64,000 nt of DNA, taken from contig NC_043004.1 of the NCBI RefSeq assembly GCF_006345805.1, positions 15,562,001 through 15,626,000 of the forward strand. The letters run 5' to 3'. This DNA comes from Octopus sinensis. Taxonomy: Eukaryota. Shown here in pieces: positions 27,001-39,464 of this stretch (its first letter is position 1; each line of letters begins with the position of its first letter). The notes beneath the pieces were generated by a model. The model had not been told where the DNA came from, made no database searches, and was given only the letters and a program-made list of their open reading frames with translations. Both the position numbers and the translations under genes were made by a program.

Positions 27001-27574
27001 TTAGTAATCAGTAATTTTCGAGAAAAGCACCTACGATCATCTGGTCATATTCTTCACATAACCAACTTTAACGGCGGTGCATCAGCATGGCCGCAGCTCT
27101 GAGCTGAAACTAGAAAAAAAAATGTTTATTCTCTACTTTACTGGGAAAAAGATAACAATGTAAGCCAAAGTAAAGTTTCAACGATATGGTGAAGACATAC
27201 TTGATAAAAAATAAAAGGGGCAGGGTAAATATCGCAGCTGATTTTTCTGGTTCCCGAAACCGGCTACGGAAAGTAAGTGTTAACAGGAAAATAATAACAA
27301 AAATACCCAATAACGGAATCTGGATTGGTGGAACATCTTGTGAACAGTTTGAAGCAAAATCTGCCTGTCTCAGGCTGGATATAAATCTCACTTAAGAGCA
27401 CGCAGTAAGGCATATTCTATTGGTTATAGAACATACCTATCAATCTGCTTTTATCGATGCCGCGTATGTTATAAGATTACAAATCTCGAGTAAGTCTGAA
27501 GAAACATTTCAAGGATCATTAAGATCAAACACCACACGCTGTTCAAGCTGCAAGAAAACAAACGTACAAATAAT

Positions 27575-27730
27575 ATGCACATATCATCAGACTCTAAGGG
27601 ATATGATCAACTGGTTAAGGGCAAACAACTGACAAGGAAATCTATGGTATTGAGCAGAATATATGCTATAGCCCATCATTTACGAAGACAAATCAATGTA
27701 TATGATAACACTTCCAGTCAGTGAAGATAA
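27575..27730 (-). mobile_element. Diverged family E copy
   Basis: Reverse complement of family E (CAACTGGTTAAGG.CAAACAACTGACAAG.AAATCT.TGGTATTGAGCAGAATAT); same orientation as the adjacent R4/Dong copies. Confidence 0.75.
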
Positions 27731-27806
27731 TCTTCCATCCAGAGATGATGTGGTTCACTGTTTCTACCACATCATTATCATCATTATAATTATCATTATT
27801 ATTATT

Positions 27807-28183
27807 CAGTAGTTTTATTTTTATAACGTGTTTTCACTTCACTACCGAGCGCAGCTGTATGTGCCTTGGGTATGTACTGTGATTTGTTGTGATGCTCTGA
27901 TGGTTACTGTATTGAAAGTGCTCTGCGTAGGATGTGTGCAGTACCTAGTAGTGCAATTTTCTGTATGTTATATGTGTTTGTAAGTCCTGGTGTTTTTGTT
28001 ATGTATTTGTCTGAATATTTCTTTATCATGTCTAATGTACCTACTATGATAGGAATTGTTTCTGCTTTTAGATTCCACATTCTAGTTACCTCTATTTCCA
28101 GGTATTTGTATTTTGAAAGTTTCTCCACTTCTTTTAGAGACAAGTTGTTATCTGCTGGTATTGATACATCAATTAAAAAGCAT
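27807..28183 (-). mobile_element. Second 377-bp 3' fragment of the same R4/Dong family
   Basis: Same endpoints and near-identical sequence to 28256-28632; bounded by (AAT)n-type repeats. Confidence 0.93.
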
Positions 28184-28218
28184 TATTATTATTATTATTA
28201 TTAATATTATTATTATTA

Positions 28219-28255
<37 letters not shown>

Positions 28256-28258
<3 letters not shown>

Positions 28259-28629
28259 TAGTTTTATTTTTACAACGTGCCTTCACTTCACTACCGAGCG
28301 AAGCTGTGTGTGCCTTGGGTATGTGCTGTCATTTCTTGTGATGCTCTGATGGTTACTGTATTGAAAGTGTTCTGCGTAGGATGTGTGCAGTACCTAGTAG
28401 TGCAATTTTCTGCATGATATATGTGTGTGTAAGTCCTGGTGTTTTTGATATGTATTTGTCTGAATATTTTCTTATCAGGCCTAATGTACCTACTATGAAA
28501 GGAATTGTTTCTGCTTTTAGATTCCACATTCTAGTTACCTCTATTTCCAGGTATTTGTATTTTGAAAGTTTCTCCACTTCTTTTAGAGGCACGTTGTTAT
28601 CTGCTGGTATTGATACATCAATTAGAAAG

Positions 28630-28632
<3 letters not shown>
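28256..28632 (-). mobile_element. 377-bp 3' fragment of the same R4/Dong family
   Basis: Encodes ...EKLSKYKYLEIEVTRMWNLK...LRRTLSIQ plus the same 3' UTR; bounded by (AAT)n-type repeats. Confidence 0.93.
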
Positions 28633-28687
<55 letters not shown>

Positions 28688-28728
28688 GCTACTACTACTA
28701 CTACTACTACTAATACTACTACTACTAC

Positions 28729-28780
<52 letters not shown>

Positions 28781-28783
<3 letters not shown>

Positions 28784-31104
28784 TAGTTTTATTTTTATAG
28801 CGTGCTTTCACTTCACTACCGAGCGCAGCTCTGTGTGCCTTAGGTATGTGCTGTGATTTGTTGTGATGCTCTGATGGTTATTGTATGGAAAGTGTTCTGC
28901 GTAGGATGTGTGCAGCGCCTAGTAGTGCAATTTTCTGTATGTTATATGTGTTTGTAAGTCCTGGTGTTTTTGATATGTATTTGTCTGAATTTTTTTTTAT
29001 CATGCCTAATGCACCTACTATGATAGGAATTGTTTCTGTTTTCAGATTCCACATTCTAGTTACCTCTATTTCCAGGTCTTTGAATTTTGAGAGTTTCTCC
29101 ATTTCTTTTAGAGACACGTTGTCATCTGCCGGTATTGATACATCAATTAGAAAGCATTTTTTTTCTTCATCATCACTGACAACTATATCTGGTCTGTTGG
29201 CCTTAATTTCTCTATCTGTGTGTATCGGCATATCCCAGAGTATGGTTGCTTTCTCGTTTTCTGTGACCTTTTCTGGTGTGTGCCTATACCATCTTTTTTC
29301 TGTTGTTATTCCATAATGTTGGCATAGCTTCCAATGTATGTAGGTTCCAACTCTGTCATGTCTGTGAATATATTCCTTCTTAGCCAGGACTGGGCAGCCA
29401 GAGGTAATATGATTTATTGTTTCTTGTCCATCTCCACATATTCTGCAGTTACTTGTAATATTTCTTTTCATTACATGTTTTTGGTAATTTCTGGTGGGGA
29501 GGCTTTGGTCTTGTGCTGCAATTAAAAATCCCTCTGTTTCTGCTTTGAGTCCTGAGCTTCTCAACCATTGCTCGGATTTTTCTTTGTCTATTTCTTTTGC
29601 GTTTAGTTTAGTCCAGTATTTACCATGAAGGGGCTTTTCTTGCCATCGTTTTATCATGGTTCGTTGCTGTTCTATTTTTAGTTTGGATTTCATTTTTTTT
29701 ATAGCTTTTGTTGTTTCTTCATCTTCTTCTTCTTCTTCATGTTTATTAGGTGGTATGATTTCTTGTTTGTATTTGTCAGCTTCCTTAAATACTGAGAACA
29801 GTTTTTTGTTTTGCTCGTGTTTTGCCGCTATCTGGATCAGTTTTCCTTCCTTCTGAAGTAGATATTTTTGCAGTCCTATGGTGGTTATTTTATAGTAGTT
29901 TTCCAGCTGTATAAGGCCTCTACCACCTTCTATACGTTGTATATATAGTCTATCTATGTCAGCTTTTGGGTGATGCATCCTAGATCCTGTCATTAGTTTT
30001 CTTATTTTCCTATCTATTTTGGTCAGTTCATTTCGTGTCCAGTTAAGGATATTGTAGCTGTAACTTAAAACTGGGACAGCTAAAGTGTTGATACCTATTA
30101 TCTTGTTATTAGCATTGAGCTCTGTATTTAGTATTGATCTAACTCGTCTATAATATTCTTTTTTATTTTCTCTTTCATTTGTGTGTGTTGTGTCTTATCT
30201 AGTTCATGGATTCCTAAGTATTTGTAAGTTTGGCTTTGGTCTAATTCTTTTATTTCATTGGTTTTATCTAGTGTGATGTTGTTACTCTTAACTAGTTTTC
30301 CTCTTTTCATGGTTACTTTGGCGCATTTTCTAATCCAAATTTCATATCTATTTCTTTGGTAAATCCATGAACTGTCTTTAATAGTGTTTCCAGCTGTTTG
30401 TCATTTGCAGCGTATAGTTTTAGGTCATCCATATATAAAAGGTGGCTGATCGTTTTGCCGTAACATTTATATCCGCATCCAGTTCTATTTAGCATATCAG
30501 ATAGAGGTGACAGTGCCAAGCAGAAAAGGAGTGGAGAGAGCGTGTCTCCTTGGAATATTCCTTTTCTAATGAGGATGTCTTTGGTTTTCATGAGTCCCTC
30601 TTTTGTTTGGAGGTGTAGGACTGTTTGCCATTTATTCTTAGAGTGCTCTATGAATTTTATGATTGTTGGTGCTACTTTGTTAATGGCTAGTGTTTCGAGG
30701 ATCCATGTGTGGGGGATGCTATCAAACGCCTTTTTGTAGTCAATCCAGGCCATACTGAGGCCTTTCTTCTTTCTGTGGCTGTCTTCAGTTATGGCTTTAT
30801 TAATCATTAGTTGATCTTTACAGCCATATGAGCCTTTGCGGCATCCTTTCTGCTCTTCTGGGAACAGTTTGTTTTCGTCCAGGTGCTTGTTCAGCCTTTG
30901 TGATATCACTGCAATAAATGCCTTGAACATAGTAGGGAGGCAGGTTATTGGTCTGTAGTTTTCTGGTTTTTCTGTTTCATTTGATTTGGGAATTAAGATG
31001 GTTTTCCCCTTCGTGAGCCATTCAGGCATTGTCTCTGGCTCTGCTAGTACGTTGTTAAAGTTTTCAGCCAGCTTTTTGTGCATTCCTGTTAGATATTTCA
31101 ACCA
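28781..31104 (-). mobile_element. R4/Dong-clade non-LTR retrotransposon (RT + CCHC + restriction-like endonuclease), 5'-truncated, young
   Basis: RT motifs NYRPITCL, IDYKKAFDS, GIFQGDTLSP, YMDD; zinc knuckle CRICGDGQETINHITSGC; YIHRHD; RLE RPDIVV...LIDVSIP. The ~100-bp 3' UTR runs into (AAT)n. Only two 1-nt frameshifts, both in A-runs. Confidence 0.95.
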
Positions 31105-31223
31105 ATAATAATAATAATAATAATAATTATTATTATTATTATTATTATCATTATTATTATTAATTGTTGCTGTTGTTATTATCATCATTTTACATGTACA
31201 CGCATATACACACATACACACAC

Positions 31224-31515
31224 GAGTGAAGTTGCGTGGCTTAATGGTTAGCGATATTCGGTCAGGAGTTCAATTACCACTGAAGCGTAATGTTCTTGAG
31301 GAAACATTTTATTTTATGCTGCTTCAGTTCACTCAGCTGGTAAGAACGAGTTGAACCCTGTTTTAAAAGGCCAGCTTTGTCACATTGTGTGCCACGCTGA
31401 ATCTTTCTGAGAACTACCTTAAGTGCACATATGTCTGGGGAAGGCTCAGTCACGTGCACGTCAATTCCACCAGCTGGTTGTTCCCTCAATCGCTTCAACT
31501 GGGCCCGCCGTTGTC
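31224..31515 (+). mobile_element. SINE family C, diverged
   Basis: Homologous to 37031-37351 along its length. Confidence 0.75.
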
Positions 31516-32197
31516 CTAACCAGCTGCGTGTCATATATAAATAAACACAATCACGCACACAGACACCCACTCGCGTACACACATACACATATATGAAGGC
31601 TCATCGACGCAGTTATTACACACACAAATGAGTCTTACGTTTTTTTTATCGTTGCATATACGTATATACTGTGCGTCACTCGATCTCACACACCTGAACG
31701 TGATACACACGTATACAATATCACATATGCACATATACATTATTGCTCATGTTTCTACTGAATTCATTCTCATAACCTATGTTTACAGATGAATACACTA
31801 AGAAACTTAACGTATACATCGCAGTTTTGCGACAACCACTCCTAGGAAAAGAAACAGTGATAAGAATAATATCAACTTATAAGAATACCAAAAGAAAAAT
31901 AATAGGAAATCATTTTCAGAAAAATCGGGTAAAAATTATTAAAGTACACGGTAAGATATGCAAGTAGAAACAAAATGAAAGATAAAGGAGACGGCAAAAA
32001 AATAATGATTATCGATATAAGGGCGAGGAAAATGGCGGAGATGGCGTGACGAAGATGGCGGAGAATTAAATAATTTTGTTCCAGTATACATAAGTATGAA
32101 AGAATGTGTGCATATATGTTTGTATGCACGTTTGAACAGACACACACATATATATTTATACATTCATGTATGTATATATCAATACAAGTATGTATGT

Positions 32198-32242
<45 letters not shown>

Positions 32243-33612
32243 TTATATATATATATATATACAGAGAGAGAGTGAGAGAGTGGGAATGAAAAAATGAGAT
32301 TAAAAATACTGGCAGATATCAAGTAAGCACTCGGTATAAAGGAGTAACATTAAATTCCCAACAAGCAGATATCAGTAAATATATGTAGAATACAAATCCC
32401 ATGTAAATTTTCAGGTATGGCAGGTAAATCCAACGATCCTTATGCAGAATTTAAGAAATTCAGTGTATTAACAATAATCAATAATATGTAGGAAGAACAT
32501 CATAGCTTTATTTTAGATGACACCTTGAAAATCCCAAAATTGTTTCAGTTGACATATACATACACACACACGCATACCTATATATATATATTCATACACA
32601 CACACAGACACTCTCACACATACACACACACACACATATATCTATATATATATATATGTATAAATGTATAAGAGGGTATTGTAGTTCGCCGGATGCGTTA
32701 AGAAATGACAGACTGTATTCTGAAGTGACAGATAAACCACGACCAGGATTGAGGTGCGACTTACTACCGCCTGGTCTGATATTTGTAGACGGAGACAATC
32801 ACATAACAAATACAAGACCAATTCATCAGAAAGAACAGTAGATTACCTATCTCATTAAAATACACAAGGATACTCGATTTTGTTTTTATGCACAAGGGAC
32901 AAACGTATAATACATAACTTCGAAGCCACTCAATGGATATGCCCACACACACAACATAGAGACATGACCGCCTCCACGCACGTCTCCCGAGGAATTCCGG
33001 AAGGAACTTCGTGATTCCAGTGCAGGGACGCCCCGACAAATTTCAGTAAACGTTGCAAAACCGACTATGACCGTGACTCCATTACTTCCTAGCAATATCT
33101 AAAGAAGGAATTTTTATACTCCGAAATATATTAGACGATGAATCATTGAATTATATATAACAGTTCTTATAGTCCACTCTGCATTGTTGTGCCATTCAAG
33201 AAACGTTATATTTCACACACACACACACACACACACGCACATACATATATACATAATTTTATAAAAAGAAATAATAATACGTAAGAAAATTTATGTCATC
33301 ACAGCATTATCACGGTAATCTATATTGGTGAAATTTTAACAGAGCAACTCAAAAAATTTTAGTTGTTAAAGAACGCTAACAATAAGAAACGCCAAATCAA
33401 ATTTTACTTTAGACATTCATTCATTCAATCAAGAGCGTTGCCATTGAAAAACTAATTTAGTTTATAAAAATAAAATATAAGAAATAACATACTTATTCCA
33501 TATTTTCGACAATTTGAAATCTACACAAAAAATAAAAAATGAAATGAAGTGAAAAAAAACAAACATAGAGTGTGATTATATTTATCTACTAATATCCCTT
33601 TCTATTATAGGA

Positions 33613-34016
33613 GCCAGTTGATTATATCGGTCCCAGTACACAACCACGAACGGAATTTGAACACAGAACGTTGCGGCAGACGAAATACCTATTTGTTTAT
33701 TGCCCACAAGTGGCTACACATAAAGGGGACAAACAAGGACAGACAAAGGGATCGAGTCGATTACATCAACCCCGGTGCATAACTGGTACTTTATTTATCG
33801 ACCCCGAAAGGATGAAAGGCAAGGCCCGAAATTTTGGGGGAGAGGGCTTGTCGGTTAGATCGACCGCAGTACGGAACTGGTGCTTAATTTCTCGACCCCG
33901 AAAGGATGAAAGGCAAAGTCGACCTCGGCGGAATTTGAACTCAGAACGTAACAGCAGACGTAATACGGCTACGCATTTCGCCCGTCGGGCTAACAATTCT
34001 GCCAGCTCGCCGCCTT
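33613..34016 (-). mobile_element. Tandem/chimeric SINE family A array
   Basis: Full head at ~33920-34016 plus repeated core units with two different tails. Confidence 0.85.
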
Positions 34017-34435
34017 GTTTATCTAATAATGATAACGTCACTTAATGTCTAAGAGAACAAAAATTGCAGACAAAATTCTGCGTTATGCTTAATAGATAAG
34101 TAAACAATAAAAACTACAGATAATAATTCTACGTAACGCTTAATAGAAACCAGTATACTTTACGTCACAATAATTAATTACCTCCTAATTTTTTTAGTAC
34201 AATAATCACTTCTATAGGAATTAACTTTATTTTATAATAACTGGTGAATTATTGTATTCAACTATAGACACGACCACCGAGGATTTCACTGCAGAATGAA
34301 AAAAATTACAGAAATAATCATATGAGAATTAACATTATTATAATTAATAATAATATATACCATTATTGATAACTACGGAAAATACCTAAATAATAAAGAT
34401 AACGGATAGGATAATCAAATAACTATATATATATG

Positions 34436-34508
<73 letters not shown>

Positions 34509-34979
34509 AGATAGATAGATAGATAGATAGATAGATATATAGATAGATAGACCCTGGGAAAATTATATTTTGTAATTACTTCTAAATTAATTTTATTTAA
34601 TTTTAATGGGTATTTAAGTTTATGATGTTGCCATAATCTTAAAAAGGATATTTAAATTATTAATCACAATACATTATTTATTATATAATATAATTAATTT
34701 ATATTAAAGGGCTCAATATAGTGACTAATTAATTATAGCGATGTAAATTATATTAGCTTAAATTAAGGATAACGTAGCAGTCTTATCTATAAGTTTTATT
34801 CTCTAATTATCCACCGAAGTCATTAAGATTTGTATTTATTATTAATTATAGTAAATTTTCTATCATTATCACATAATCTTAATTCATATGGAAGGGATTA
34901 ATATAAACATCAAAAGATATTTAATTATCTTATCCGTTATATTTATTCTTTAGTTATCCAGTGTAGGCATCAGTAATGT

Positions 34980-35645
34980 ATCTTTTATCTTTTATTTTTC
35001 ATGTGTTTCAGGCTAAGGTTGAGGCCAAGCTGGTGCAGTGCCTTTACTGCATCAGGGGATTTACCAGTATTGCTTCTGGGGAAGTAGCGAGATGGACGTT
35101 GCGGCTCTTCTTTGTGCCTCCTGCCGCTATGTGTGTTCATCCAGTATTGCAGATAAAAATCTGTCTCAACGTATTTTGAAGACTTCCATGTCTAAACCTT
35201 GCAGATAAGTGATGTTCTATGGTAGAACATTGAAATGTTGTGGTCCCTTCGATCCCAAGCTATTACAATACTGGGTTCGTATCCTCGATGGAGAAGATGG
35301 GACCTTTGGTACTGTGCAGTGCTGTCGAGTTCGGGGATTGTTGTAGATTTCGATTCAGAAATTTTGAAGGGAAGTTGCGCTGTTGCCATGTGGATACCCA
35401 GGTCTTGCACTGACTCTAACTCTGGGATTACCTTGCCTGTAGGTACCCTGTAATTCAACTGTAGATTGTTTGTGTGCTGATATCGGGAGTGCTTGAAATT
35501 TTGCGCCTTTGAACTGCATATTGTTCTCATCATCCCATTTATATATTGCGTTCAGGTCAATCTGCAGTTCAAGGTATCAATAGGATCTTTAACCGCCTGC
35601 GATACTTTTGCATCATCGGCGTAGCTGGTGAGTGTGGCTGACTTA
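34980..35645 (-). mobile_element. CR1-clade LINE 3' fragment with internal deletion, inserted in the right arm of the large palindrome
   Basis: LTSYADDAKVSQAV...QIDLNAIYKWDDENNMQFKGAKFQAL...VQDLGIHM; 3' part MEVFKIR*DRFLSAILDE. Confidence 0.75.
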
Positions 35646-36323
35646 TTAATTACAAATTTTCAATTATTATATAATAATGTTAATTCTACATAAGTGCTTA
35701 ATATAAGGAATAAATAGATATTTCATTGTCTTTGTAATATTTACTTTTAATTATCCAGTGAGACCATCGATTGTTGTATATGTAGAATTCTATAATAATT
35801 CTACAGTTAATTCCAATTAAATGGTTTATTATATTAAATAAATAAACAGTCTATTTTATAGAAATATAGTTTTTATTAAACATTACGTAGAATAATTAAA
35901 TGTAGCTTTTATTCTTTAGTTATCTATTAGGCATAACGTAGAATTTTGTCTCCAGTTTTTGTTCTTTAGAAATTTGGTGACGTCATCAATTTTCGTAGAT
36001 AAATATAATCGCTTTCTATGTTAGTGTTTGTTTCATTTTATCGTATCATTTGTGTTTTGTGTAGAATTCAAATTGTCCCAAAACATGGAATAATTATGAT
36101 TTTTTAATATTTTATTTTTATGAACTAAATTAGCTTTTCAACGAGGTAGCTGTTGATTGATTGAATGAATGTCTAAAGTTGAATTTGGTTTGGCGTTTCT
36201 TATTGTTAGCGTTATTTAATAGGTAACGTATTTTCACATGTTCTGTTAAAATTTCACCAAATTACCTTGATTGTGCTGACATCAATTTTCGTACATCCTG
36301 TTATTAATTTTAATATTACATAT

Positions 36324-36372
<49 letters not shown>

Positions 36373-36399
36373 ATATGTGCATATATCTTTATTTTTTTA

Positions 36400-36600
36400 T
36401 CTTGCACCTCTTTCAGTCATTAGCTTGCGGCCATGCTAGAGCACTGCCTTTAATATTTAATCCAATGAATCACCTCCAGTACTTACTTTCTAAGAATGGT
36501 TCTCATTCTATCGGCCTCGTTTGGGGGAACCGGTAAGTTACATGGACATAAAATCACCAACACCGAATGTGAAGTTGTGATGAGGGAAAAACAAAGACAC
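36400..36600 (-). mobile_element. SINE family B 3' half, diverged
   Basis: TTTCAGTCAT...GCGGCCATGCTAGAGCACTGCC... Confidence 0.7.
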
Positions 36601-37030
36601 GTCTGTTGTGTAAAAAATTGGTACATACCCAAAATATTCAAAGAAGTTTTACCCTTTTGTTAAAATTTCATTCTTAATAATCTTCTTAATTTCCCTAAAT
36701 TTTAACTTTATACAATAAAACAATATTGTTTGAAAGGATCTTTAGAAATTACTTGATTTATCTCTTTCTTAAATGGCTCCACCCTGTTGAACTTAGTATT
36801 TATAAGGGGTTTTATATAAAGAACCCTTCTAAACAAGTACCACTAAGAAACTATAAATATCATGTAAGGAGTAACAATAATAATTTTTTACACCTATAAT
36901 TAAACCCTTAGTTCCATAATTTAAATATTCCTTTAGCTGACTTCAGTCTTATATTAATATTAGCTAAATAAGTAAATATATAATTTATATATTTTGAATT
37001 ACTATAGTTTTTTTTTTGTTTTTTTTCTAT

Positions 37031-37351
37031 AGTGAGGGCCCGTGGCTTAGTGGTTAGGGCATTCGGCTCATGATCGTAAGGTTGTGAGTTCGATTCCCGG
37101 CGACGCGTTGTGTCCTTGAGCAAGACACTTTATTTCACGTTGCTCCAGTCCACTCAGCTGGCAAAAATGAGTTGTACTTGTATTTCAAAGGGTCAGCCTT
37201 GTCACTCTCTGTGTCACGCTGATTATCCCCGAGAACTACGTTAAGGGTACACGTGTCTGTGGAATGCTCAGCTATTTGCACGTTAATTTCACGAGCAAGC
37301 TGTTCCGTTGATCGTATCAGCTGGGACCCTCGTCGTCGTAACCGGCGAAGT
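37031..37351 (+). mobile_element. SINE family C, full length
   Basis: A box TGGCTTAGTGG, B box GTTCGATTCC, GTGTCCTTGAGCAAGACACTT core. Confidence 0.9.
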
Positions 37352-38710
37352 CTTTAAGTTTTTCTATAAATCTTCTCTATTGGTGCTAATAAGCTACATG
37401 TACTTAACCATAGTATTAGTAATTAAGCTATTTTATTTCCTTTCGTATGGTGCTCTACCCTACTTGATTATTTTTATTTTAGTTCTTTATTATATTAAAA
37501 TTAGTCTTTATTTATTCATAAAATTAATGTAATTTTTGTATCTCTTTATTAACTCATACTTAGCTTATATAAAACTATACTGGTAAATACACTACTTATA
37601 AATAACCGCGTAATTTATAATTTTATTAATGTATAATTAGCATGTTCCTTTACCTCAAAACTAATTTATTAATACCAGAGTATACCAATTAATCAATATT
37701 CACAGATACCATCTGCTGAGTTAGTATTTAAGTGTACAATATGTATAAATATTAAACTATTTCTGGATAATTTATTTTCCTCCCTTTATTGTCGTAAAAG
37801 TTTAGTATATACTCAAAAGTATTCATAATTTCTATCCTTTTCTTATAATATTCTTCTTAATAATCCTCTGAATAGCCCTAAACTTTAACTGTATACAATA
37901 TAGCAACATTTTATAAAATATTTAACTATAGTACTACATGATAAGACTTCCCCTGTTTCATTATCAATGGTCTGCTAGTGGACGACCCCTTAATTTTCAG
38001 CTAAGATCTTGTTTTAACTTTTCCTTTACCAAACCTTATGATATTGCTTCTAATATCATGATTATTCTGATATCATGATTATCAATCTTGATTTTTATAT
38101 CTATACCCACTATGATGTTTGTCCGCTCCCTCAGCCCTACCCCTAACATATACTGCCCTCTGTTCTCTGAGCATTAGATAAACTAATCTATAAATTAAAA
38201 CTGACCCCATAAAAGCAAAAAAAAAAATCAGTGACAGGCAGAGTCTGTAACAATGTATATCTTCTTGAGAAGCTTAGTAACTTCTATGCTGGAGTAAGAA
38301 CAGCATGTTCTTTGTCTATCTCCTTAACTTCTTGGAGAGTTTAGGTATAATTATAATAATGTGTCCATCAGTTCAAATTTAATAAAATCCTGTCTTTCTG
38401 TAGCTGAAGATTGCTCTGCATTTTAAATTAATGTAATGATTGCACTGTTCAATAAAATGGAGTTGCATGAAACTATCGTACTGCATTACATGTGGGTATC
38501 CTTGTTGCTTATTTTGATAGATAAATAGATAGATATATAAATAGATAGATAGATAGGGAGAAAGAGAAAAGTCGAGAGAGAAAGAAGTTCACTAATTTAC
38601 ATAACATGCTATAGTTGCCTGATGCTTTATTCTACATCATATATATCTTGAGTTAAAACAGATGCTTATTATTTTCCTGTGCCTTAGTGAAACCGTAAAA
38701 TAGGTTAACT

Positions 38711-38790
38711 CACACACACACACACAAACATGTGCTCACACACACAAACATGTGCTCACACACACAAACATGTGCTCACACACACACACA
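38711..38790. repeat. 20-bp minisatellite CACACACACAAACATGTGCT x3
   Basis: Directly visible. Confidence 0.9.
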
Positions 38791-39431
38791 CACGGACTCA
38801 CACACACACACACACATTTATATGTATATATATAAACGTGTGATTCCGATAGTTAGCTCCTCTTACGAAACTCGGCTAAAAGTCTACGTAGTAATCTCAT
38901 AGAGAGAAATGTACCGTCGATTGTCATGCAATTGAAGTGTAGATGATCCGATCATTGATATTATTTCATGTCAAGTGTTTAATCCTTCAAAGTCAGGAGG
39001 TATGAATGATAAATATATATTTTTTGTGACTTCCATGGGAATCTGGCTGTTTTTCAACTTTCTTCATGTAGTATTAGTTTCAGTTGGAAGAAATGATGCT
39101 TACATACTTCCATTATTATGCATGCTCAGCGTTATAAATGGAAATTACATATTCCCAAATCAATGTAAATAATAAAGCTCGCTCATCATGATATGGAGAT
39201 CATATGAGTTAGAATTCTTATTTGCATTGATTTATGAATATGCCATTGTATTGTATAATGTTGAGTATGCATATTAATGCAAACATGCGAGCGGAATTTC
39301 TCCCACAATGAAATTTATACCATGTGAAGACGGTTGCCTAACCGCCGTAAGGATGTCACATAGCTAAATAAGTATACTTACACCACTTATACTTCTTGAC
39401 TTTTATGATTTGTATATATATATATATATAT

Positions 39432-39464
<33 letters not shown>

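Larger units (their letters stand above)
33265..36310. repeat. ~3-kb interrupted palindrome (foldback-like)
   Basis: 33265-33590 pairs with 35995-36310, 34025-34345 with 35650-35995, and 34350-34420 with 34905-34975. Confidence 0.85.

Noticed and set aside
35030-35062. 13-bp identity (CCCTGATGCAGTA) between the CR1 fragment 3' region and the 5' start of family E
   Set aside because: Too short to be distinguished from chance in a 64-kb AT-rich window.
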